Positions 57,854 to 64,000 of a DNA stretch of 64,000 nt are shown one piece after another; the stretch's first letter is position 1, and every line of letters begins with the position of its first letter. Location of the stretch: positions 78,678-142,677 of the forward strand of contig JBEPYO010000001.1 in assembly GCA_041641295.1 (NCBI GenBank), read 5' to 3'. The notes under the pieces were generated by a model. That model did not search any database, was not told where the DNA came from, and saw only the letters and a list, made by a program, of their open reading frames with translations. Position numbers and translations under genes: made by a program. This DNA is from Nitrososphaerota archaeon (GTDB lineage: Archaea > Thermoproteota > Nitrososphaeria_A > Caldarchaeales > Calditenuaceae).

Positions 57854-57931
57854 CTGGACCCTATATAAGGGGTGGAATATTTAATTCCTCCCTCTAATCG
57901 ACGATTTTTGACCCGCTCGCTCTATTAAATT

Positions 57932-57963
57932 GTATGCAAAAGTATGCAAAAATATGCAGAAAA
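57932..57963 (+). promoter_or_regulatory. Three tandem 10-bp direct repeats (GTATGCAAAA / GTATGCAAAA / ATATGCAGAAAA) just downstream of a TATA-like 'TCTATTAAAT' (57921-57930). Candidate operator in the divergent promoter region.
   Basis: Direct reading of the sequence. The repeats lie about 65 bp upstream of the probable start at 58029 of the NirK-like gene, between a TATA-like element and the expected transcription start. Confidence 0.4.
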
Positions 57964-58028
57964 TCGGTGATAAAGGGAATCAGTGTTGCATATCGTGGTT
58001 AAGGCTGTCCCGGCTATACTATTGTTTG

Positions 58029-59513
58029 ATGAGAAGTCCCAAGACTAGAATCTACAGCGTCTGCGTCGCCATCTTCTTCTGCACTGCCATTCTGACCGTT
58101 GCAGCCTATGCCCAGCAGCAAATTGTTTACGCAGATGTTCCGGGGAATCCGCCACCGGGTGCCACACCCAATAAGCGATTCCTCCTAATCACGTCTGAAA
58201 ATGATGTCCTGATAGATGATGGTGTAGTCTTCAAGGCTTGGACCTTCAACGGCACTGTCCCAGGGCCGCTGATCTTGGTGGAGGAGGGTGATGTTGTCGA
58301 GATAACCGTGAAGAATGAGGGCAAGTATACGCATGGCGCCTCCATTCACGCTGCAAATACTCAGACATCCCTCTTCGTCGGCAGCATCCCGCCAGGTGAG
58401 TCGCGTAAGCTAGTCTTCAAGGCAGACTTCCCCGGCGTATACATGTACCACTGCGCGCCGGGTGGCCATGGAATCCTAACCCACACACTAGCGGGGATGT
58501 ATGGAATGATTGTCGTTGAACCTAAGAAGGTGAAGTACAAGTTGGAGGAGCAGTTAGGAAAAGAGCCAGACATAAAGGTCTTTCTAGTCCAACACGAGGT
58601 CTACGCTAATGGTAAGGACTTCACCGATGGTAGCCCAGTATACGTAATGTTCAACGGGAGAATGTTCAGATATTTGACTGAGCCGATCAAGGCGCGACCC
58701 GGAGACTACGTGAGATTCTACTTCTTGAACGTAGGACCGAACCTAGTGTCCAGTTTCCACGCCGTGGGTGGGATCTGGGAATACGTGTACCACGGCGGAA
58801 ACCCAAACAATGTTGAGGAGGGGCTGCAGACAGTCACAGTAGGGCCAACAGACTCCTATGTCATAGAGTGGAGAGTGCCCTCTGAAGGGAACTTCCTGCT
58901 AGTGACACATGCCTTTGGAACACAGACGCTTAAAGGAGCGGCGGGCTTCCTTTCCTCGAAGGTGGGCAACGAGAGGGTTAGTATGGTTTTGCCGAACGGC
59001 CCGTTACCGCCTCCACAAATCCAATCCGCAAAGAGGGTAATAGCCCCCTTCGAGCCAACCCCCGAGGAGCGTGAAGCACCCACCACCTTCTATCCCGGCG
59101 ACACAGTTGTGGTGCGGATAGTGGGTAACAGTTTCTACCCCAAGGTTGCGCGAGTTCCTACAGGCTCAAAGATTGTCTGGGTGAATGAGGATGTCTTGAG
59201 CATAGGCTCAGGCGAGGTTACTGGCCAACACAACGTGGCGACTGTCTCAGGACCCGAGACTTTCACTTCAGAGATACTTAAGAATGCTGAGAAGTTTGCT
59301 TTCACACCCACGAAAGAGGGTACCTACAGCTATATCTGCGGAATACACCCCTACATGAAGGGCGAGATAATTGTCTACAAGGCAGCGGCGTTAGGCGGAG
59401 TTGGTCCGACGATAGACCTGACATCCATCCTCGCATTTATTATAGGAATAGGGATTATCATTATGGCGATTGACCTCGGCCGGAGGAGCCGGACAAGACA
59501 AGAGACCAAATGA
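58029..59513 (+). CDS. NirK-type (copper-containing nitrite reductase-like) two-domain multicopper protein, fused to a C-terminal cupredoxin (plastocyanin/pseudoazurin-like) domain and a C-terminal TM anchor. The start is taken at the Met preceding the signal peptide; the ORF is open from 57930.
   Basis: Signal 'MRSPKTRIYSVCVAIFFCTAILTVAAYAQQ'. Type-1/type-2 Cu ligand pattern 'THGASIHAA ... VYMYHCAPGGHGILTHTLAGMYGMIVVEP'. Domain II 'SSFHAVGGIWEYVY...LVTHAFG'. Cupredoxin 'GQHNVA...YICGIHPYMKGEIIVY'. C-terminal 'ILAFIIGIGIIIMAIDLG'. Confidence 0.65.
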   Translation: MRSPKTRIYSVCVAIFFCTAILTVAAYAQQQIVYADVPGNPPPGATPNKRFLLITSENDVLIDDGVVFKAWTFNGTVPGPLILVEEGDVVEITVKNEGKYTHGASIHAANTQTSLFVGSIPPGESRKLVFKADFPGVYMYHCAPGGHGILTHTLAGMYGMIVVEPKKVKYKLEEQLGKEPDIKVFLVQHEVYANGKDFTDGSPVYVMFNGRMFRYLTEPIKARPGDYVRFYFLNVGPNLVSSFHAVGGIWEYVYHGGNPNNVEEGLQTVTVGPTDSYVIEWRVPSEGNFLLVTHAFGTQTLKGAAGFLSSKVGNERVSMVLPNGPLPPPQIQSAKRVIAPFEPTPEEREAPTTFYPGDTVVVRIVGNSFYPKVARVPTGSKIVWVNEDVLSIGSGEVTGQHNVATVSGPETFTSEILKNAEKFAFTPTKEGTYSYICGIHPYMKGEIIVYKAAALGGVGPTIDLTSILAFIIGIGIIIMAIDLGRRSRTRQETK

Positions 59514-60124
59514 CCAGAAAATACTTCTACGCAACAATAATACTCTTCTTAACCTCCGCTTTTATGTTTTATACCGCATTGTCATCATTCAGATCACCAA
59601 CAGAGCCGCAGACAGGTGTTGTTGTAAGCGGTAAACCACTACCAGATTTCTCACTAGTTAGCCAAGACAATCAGAGCTTCAGCCTACAAAAAGTTGCGGG
59701 AAGACCAGTTATCCTCTTCTTCGGATACACAAGCTGCCCCGACGTCTGCCCCCTAGCCATGAGAAAAATCGCGGCGTCGCTAAAAGCTCTAGGCCCCGAG
59801 AGGGGGGACTTCGCGGTCATTTTCATAACCGTGGATCCGGTGCGCGACACCCCCTCCATCCTAGCCAAGTGGGTCTCACAATACTATCCCGGGACGATAG
59901 CCCTTACAGGTGATCTGGAGGAGTTGGGTAGGGTATGGAGGGCTTATGGAGCTGCCAACCCCGATGACTATGGGTCGGCTGCTAAGAGTGGCGACACATA
60001 CTACATCAGCCATAGCGCAGTCATATATGTGGCGGACCGCAACCACGTGCTTCGATATATCCTAACCCCGGAGATGGATACGGAGGCTTTCAGGCAGGTC
60101 CTTGAAGAGATCCACCGGTCTTAG
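59510..60124 (+). CDS. SCO1/SenC-family thioredoxin-like copper chaperone
   Basis: N-terminal TM, then 'ILFFGYTSCPDVCPLAMRKI' (CxxxC) and a downstream conserved His region. 204 aa. Overlaps the upstream gene by 4 nt. Confidence 0.75.
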   Translation: MTRKYFYATIILFLTSAFMFYTALSSFRSPTEPQTGVVVSGKPLPDFSLVSQDNQSFSLQKVAGRPVILFFGYTSCPDVCPLAMRKIAASLKALGPERGDFAVIFITVDPVRDTPSILAKWVSQYYPGTIALTGDLEELGRVWRAYGAANPDDYGSAAKSGDTYYISHSAVIYVADRNHVLRYILTPEMDTEAFRQVLEEIHRS

Positions 60125-60181
60125 CCGCGACTCGATAGGCCAGAATAAGCGGGTTAAAATACTGACATTTCGTGTTCTCTA

Positions 60182-62083
60182 ATGATGCTTGAGGCGTGGC
60201 TAATCTGGTTGTTACCGATGACAGCTGCCTTCCTTGTCCCAGGCCTCGTTAAGATATCGAGGAGGGCTGGGGAGGTTTTCTCCGTTCTTGTGGTAGCTAC
60301 CTCAGCTATTCTAACAATCACACTACTCCCTCGCGTCTGGGGAGGAAAGAGTATCCAGACTGACATAGCATGGATAGGCCTACCTGGGGGCGGCTCAGTC
60401 CGACTAGGGGTTCTCCTTGACCCGCTATCAGTCGTCATGGCACTTATTGCCACGGGTATAGGGACCCTCATCATGCTTTACTCGATCGGCTACATGAACC
60501 ATGAGGAGGGGGTTGGCCGATACTTCTTCTTCATGACACTCTTCATAGGTGGTATGGTTCTTCTAGTCACCTCGTCAAACCTGCTTGGCATGTATATTGG
60601 CTGGGAGATTGTTGGAATCTGTAGCTATGCCCTGATCGGATACTATGTCCACAGGAGGGAGGCTAGAGAGGCCGCTATCAAAGCCTTCATAACTACTAGG
60701 ATTGGTGATGTTCTTCTTTTCGCCTCCATTCTCATCACATTTGCCGTATTTAATACGTTGGAATTTACCGAGCTAAGACTGGCTATTGAGGAGAGGGCGG
60801 CGGCCGGACATCTTGACATGGGACTCTTGACGCTGATCCTCCTACTCGCCTTCGGGGGGGCCATGGGGAAGTCTGCCCAGTTCCCACTCCACGTATGGCT
60901 TCCAGACGCCATGGAGGGCCCCACACCCGTCTCCGCTCTAATACATGCAGCCACTATGGTGAAGGCGGGTGTCTACTTGGTGGCCAGATACAGCTTCACA
61001 ATGGTTCCCTTCGAGCATTTCACCCCCGCACAGCTCTCAAGCTGGTATACTATGATAGCGACGATAGGAGGTTTCACAGCTCTCTTCGCAGCGAGCATGG
61101 GACTCGTCACCAACGATATTAAGCGCGTTATCGCCTACTCGACGATCAGCCAGCTGGCCCTCATGTTCACCGCACTTGGGGTCGGGACTGCTGCGGGATG
61201 GTTCGGAGGTGTTTTCCACCTGGTCAGCCACTCGATATTCAAGGCGCTACTCTTCCTCGCATCGGGGGTAGTAATACACTACCTTGGCACGAACAACATC
61301 GATGAGATGGGCGGATTGAGAAGGGTTATGCCCATTACATTCTACACTGCTACGGTTGGCGTTTTAGCTCTTTCAGGAATTCCACCCTTCAACGGCTTTT
61401 TCAGCAAGGACATTGTGTTGGGAGCGCTCTTGGAGAGTGGTGCTTGGATCCCACTCCTGTTTGTGGCCTCGGCTTCAATCCTAACGGTGATCTATAGCTT
61501 CCGTTGGCTGGCCAAGGTTTTCCTAGGGGAGATGAGGCATCATGGAGGGGAGCACGGCCACGCCGAGTCGTATAAAACCATGACAACACCATTGGTAATC
61601 CTTGCGGCGCTCACCCTGACGGGTTTACCACCATTCGAAGAAGTTCTACACGACTTTATAGGAATCCACGAGGAAATCAAAATACCCCCAGCAACGTACG
61701 CCATCTCGGCGGGAATCGTCGTTACCGGCTTCACCATTGCCTATCTATTCTATATTAGGCGGGCATGGAGTCCAGAGGCTGTACGCCAAGCCCCCCTCAT
61801 GTCTGCAATCCACTCGCTCCTAGTGAACAGATACTACATTGACGCGGCGTACAAGATGGTCTTTGTGGACGGGTTTACAAGGCTATCAGCACTGATAAGA
61901 AGGGGGTTGGAGGAGAAGGTGATAGATGGCATAAACTATGCAGCGGCAAGGGGGTTCCAGAAGATAGTAGACGTGATCCGATACATACAGACGGGGAGCA
62001 GCAACCTCAACATTAGCGGCGTAGCTATAGGCCTAGTAATCTTGCTACTTCTTCTCTTAGTGGGGCTTGCGGGCATCCTATAA
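60182..62083 (+). CDS. Proton-pumping complex I antiporter-like subunit, NuoL/ND5 (MrpA) family, stand-alone
   Basis: 'GYMNHEEGVGRYFFFMTLFIGGMVLLVTSSNLLGMYIGWEIVGICSYALIGYY' and 'HVWLPDAMEGPTPVSALIHAATMVKAGVYLVAR'. 633 aa, about 16 TM segments plus a long C-terminal helix region. Confidence 0.8.
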   Translation: MMLEAWLIWLLPMTAAFLVPGLVKISRRAGEVFSVLVVATSAILTITLLPRVWGGKSIQTDIAWIGLPGGGSVRLGVLLDPLSVVMALIATGIGTLIMLYSIGYMNHEEGVGRYFFFMTLFIGGMVLLVTSSNLLGMYIGWEIVGICSYALIGYYVHRREAREAAIKAFITTRIGDVLLFASILITFAVFNTLEFTELRLAIEERAAAGHLDMGLLTLILLLAFGGAMGKSAQFPLHVWLPDAMEGPTPVSALIHAATMVKAGVYLVARYSFTMVPFEHFTPAQLSSWYTMIATIGGFTALFAASMGLVTNDIKRVIAYSTISQLALMFTALGVGTAAGWFGGVFHLVSHSIFKALLFLASGVVIHYLGTNNIDEMGGLRRVMPITFYTATVGVLALSGIPPFNGFFSKDIVLGALLESGAWIPLLFVASASILTVIYSFRWLAKVFLGEMRHHGGEHGHAESYKTMTTPLVILAALTLTGLPPFEEVLHDFIGIHEEIKIPPATYAISAGIVVTGFTIAYLFYIRRAWSPEAVRQAPLMSAIHSLLVNRYYIDAAYKMVFVDGFTRLSALIRRGLEEKVIDGINYAAARGFQKIVDVIRYIQTGSSNLNISGVAIGLVILLLLLLVGLAGIL

Positions 62084-62128
62084 GCGCGTCTAAACATATA
62101 TAGGGTTCTTTAGGCTGATAAGAGTTAG

Positions 62129-62302
62129 ATGGGGATTAGAGAGTTCGCCAGATCGGTCATCACAGTGTTTAGGGTCGCTCAGAAGCCCACCAAAGAGACA
62201 TACCTCACCTTTGCCCGAATAGCCCTAATAGGAGTGCTATTACTTGGCGTCATCTCCTTTCTTGTTAGATTCCTGATGATAGCTCTCCAAGGTGGGGTGT
62301 GA
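62129..62302 (+). CDS. secE: Protein translocase subunit SecE (Sec61 gamma). Below the ORF-track length cutoff, so found by reading the gap.
   Basis: 57-aa ORF 'MGIREFARSVITVFRVAQKPTKETYLTFARIALIGVLLLGVISFLVRFLMIALQGGV' with a single C-terminal TM. Its stop overlaps the spt5 start (ATGA), the conserved secE-spt5-L11 order. Confidence 0.7.
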   Translation: MGIREFARSVITVFRVAQKPTKETYLTFARIALIGVLLLGVISFLVRFLMIALQGGV

Positions 62303-62775
62303 TGAGCCAGACTGAGAAGAAGTTTCAGATCTTCGCGATAAGAACCACAGTGGGACAGGAGAAGAACGTGGCAAGGCTCCTCTCAAACAGGATAGACACT
62401 GAGGCTGGGGACATAGCGTCAATATTCATTCTCCCGATGCTTAAGGGTTACGTGTTTATAGAGGGGGTGGACAAGGACCGAATAGCCCTCCTCACCCAAG
62501 GAATGATGCATGTTAAATCGAGGCCGATCACATCAGTCTCTATAGAAGAGCTGAAGCAACACATCGTCGAGAGGCCCGTGATAGACACTATCAACGAGGG
62601 TGAGATGGTCGAGGTTATTGCCGGGCCACTCAGGGGTGTGACTGGCAAGGTTCTACGCATCGACAGGCAGAAGAACTCGGTCACGATAGAGTTAACCGAG
62701 AGTATATATCCTCTCCCAATCTCTGTCCCGGCTCGACAGCTCAGGCCGATTCGACAGCAGCAGGAGACCCGCTAA
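62299..62775 (+). CDS. spt5: Transcription elongation factor Spt5 (NusG homologue)
   Basis: NGN domain 'IFAIRTTVGQEKNVARLL...GYVFIEG' and KOW 'GEMVEVIAGPLRGVTGKVLRID'. 158 aa. Confidence 0.85.
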   Translation: MMSQTEKKFQIFAIRTTVGQEKNVARLLSNRIDTEAGDIASIFILPMLKGYVFIEGVDKDRIALLTQGMMHVKSRPITSVSIEELKQHIVERPVIDTINEGEMVEVIAGPLRGVTGKVLRIDRQKNSVTIELTESIYPLPISVPARQLRPIRQQQETR

Positions 62776-62829
62776 CCCTCCCTCTAGATTTTACAAGTAT
62801 TTATTGTGGATTCCGAATAGGGATTAAGC

Positions 62830-63333
62830 GTGGCTGAAAGGACATACAAGTTCTTGGTAGAGGGCGGCAAAGCGACTGCAGGGCCTCCGATAGGGCCTAC
62901 ACTTACACCCCTAGGAATCAATGTACTACAGCTTATAGAGGAGATAAATCGGAAGACCGCGGAGTTCAAAGGAATGCACGTTACAGTGATTGTGAAAGTA
63001 GACTCGGATACTAAGTCTTTCAGCGTCGAGGTGGGTGTACCAAGCACCATAGCCCTTATCGCGAAGGAGGCAGGTATTGAGAAGGGATCGAGCACAGCTC
63101 ATAAACAGCCTGTGGGAAACCTCTCGCTGGACAGTCTAATTAAGATCGCTAAACTGAAGATGGAGCAGTTGAGGTCTACCTCTCTAAAGGCTGCCGTGCT
63201 CTCTGTGGCAGGGACGTGTGTGAGCATGGGTGTAACAATTGATGGGAAGAACCCGAAGGAGTTCATAGAGGAGGTTAGGATGGGTAAATACGATGAATTG
63301 CTCTCCGCGACTATCTCTTCTTCTCAGGCTTAA
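62830..63333 (+). CDS. rpl11: 50S ribosomal protein L11 (uL11)
   Basis: 'VEGGKATAGPPIGPTLTPLGINV' and 'GVTIDGKNPKE'. 167 aa. Confidence 0.9.
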   Translation: MAERTYKFLVEGGKATAGPPIGPTLTPLGINVLQLIEEINRKTAEFKGMHVTVIVKVDSDTKSFSVEVGVPSTIALIAKEAGIEKGSSTAHKQPVGNLSLDSLIKIAKLKMEQLRSTSLKAAVLSVAGTCVSMGVTIDGKNPKEFIEEVRMGKYDELLSATISSSQA

Positions 63334-63976
63334 TCTTAACTGGTGGGCTCATGCTTAACTTCAAGACAATGGACTTGATGTTAGCCCACCCGTTTTCAAG
63401 TCTCGAAACAACCCTCTCCACCACAGCCCTGGCATTATCCAAGATCTGATCTACACTCATCTCCTCTGTCCCGATGATGCACATGACCTGAGGGACCTTA
63501 CGCACTCTAGCTACTACTGTTCTCTTGTATCTCGCTGCAAACTCGTCGATATCTACGTTAGCCGGTATGGGGATAGGCGTCTTCCCCACCCCTCCTAGAG
63601 CGGCGCCGAGTGCTCGCGCAGCAACGGGGACGAGCTGAGGCTCGATAAGGAAATGGTCAAACTCTCGTACAAGCCTCTTGGCAGCCTTCTTATTCCCCAC
63701 CAACCCCTCTATCTCCTGTCTCTCAAAGACCCTGTCAACGTGTTGAGACCTAGACGCCCTCAGAGCTAACTCGCCGGTGGCTACAACTGCTATGCGCTTG
63801 GATGCAGACCCAAGGCCATGGGGCAGCTCTATCATTTCGCTGAAACGCTTCTCCGGCTTGCTCACATCGACATCCTTCAAGTTTATCACAAGCTCTACCG
63901 ATTGAGTAAAGTTCCGCTTCTGCCTCTTCTCCAGCGCCTCACGAACTCCCCTTTCCAAGTCTATGACAGTAGACAT
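63311..63976 (-). CDS. rpl1: 50S ribosomal protein L1 (uL1), on the strand opposite to rpl11
   Basis: 'RNFTQSVELVINLKDVDVSKPEKRF...ELPHGLGSASKRIAVVATGE' and 'DHFLIEPQLVPVAARALGAALG...KTPIPIP'. Collinear with M. jannaschii L1 from memory. The C-terminus 'LSMSPPVKIKPEKKR' was verified by reverse-complement reading of 63311-63360. Confidence 0.85.
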   Translation of the reverse strand: MSTVIDLERGVREALEKRQKRNFTQSVELVINLKDVDVSKPEKRFSEMIELPHGLGSASKRIAVVATGELALRASRSQHVDRVFERQEIEGLVGNKKAAKRLVREFDHFLIEPQLVPVAARALGAALGGVGKTPIPIPANVDIDEFAARYKRTVVARVRKVPQVMCIIGTEEMSVDQILDNARAVVERVVSRLENGWANIKSIVLKLSMSPPVKIKPEKKR

Positions 63977-64000
63977 CCTTAGTAAACGACCTATTGGCTG

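Noticed and set aside
1-64000. CRISPR arrays, IS elements / transposases, integrases, prophage or toxin-antitoxin pairs
   Set aside because: I looked for regularly spaced direct repeats, terminal inverted repeats flanking transposase-like ORFs, and integrase/recombinase motifs. None were seen. The only notable repeats are the 10-bp triple at 57932-57963 and the GGTTTACCTT pair at about 27545 and 27820, which look regulatory.

Overview
This is a 64-kb chromosomal window from an archaeon. The gene content and many alternative start codons suggest a hyperthermophilic crenarchaeon with a Thermoproteales-like scrambled gene order, but that is inference, and the window looks moderately GC-rich by eye. 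It is almost entirely coding and mostly housekeeping. I called the following:
- a 5'-truncated class-II-type ribonucleotide reductase, an HD-domain dNTPase-like hydrolase, a UbiA lipid prenyltransferase and the tRNA-splicing endonuclease catalytic subunit;
- pheS, pheT and pheA, etfBA, thrB, archease, and two convergent deoxyhypusine synthase paralogues;
- aRF1, an OTC-like carbamoyltransferase, a SpeH-type pyruvoyl decarboxylase, dCTP deaminase, an RNase Z-like protein, MoaC, and sdhC-sdhD-sdhB with no sdhA;
- a fragment of the large ribosomal-protein cluster (L22-S3-L29-Rpp29-S17-L14-L24-S4e-L5), cut off by an 864-aa secreted, anchored matrixin-like metalloprotease, with S12 isolated on the other strand;
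- three tRNAs: Pro and Tyr, both intron-containing, and Thr;
- smc-scpA-scpB, topo VI subunit B, aIF1A and a SufB/D-family protein;
- a copper module: an HTH regulator divergent from a membrane-anchored NirK-type enzyme fused to a cupredoxin, then SCO1 and a stand-alone NuoL-like subunit;
- an unannotated secE, then spt5, L11, and L1 on the opposite strand, convergent with L11.
I saw no CRISPR array, IS element or transposase. The most unusual items are the copper module with a tandem-repeat operator, the broken L11/L1 linkage, the paired deoxyhypusine synthase paralogues, a PNPOx-domain::MenA-like prenyltransferase fusion, the metzincin inserted into the ribosomal-protein cluster, and a 535-bp AT-rich intergenic island upstream of speH.
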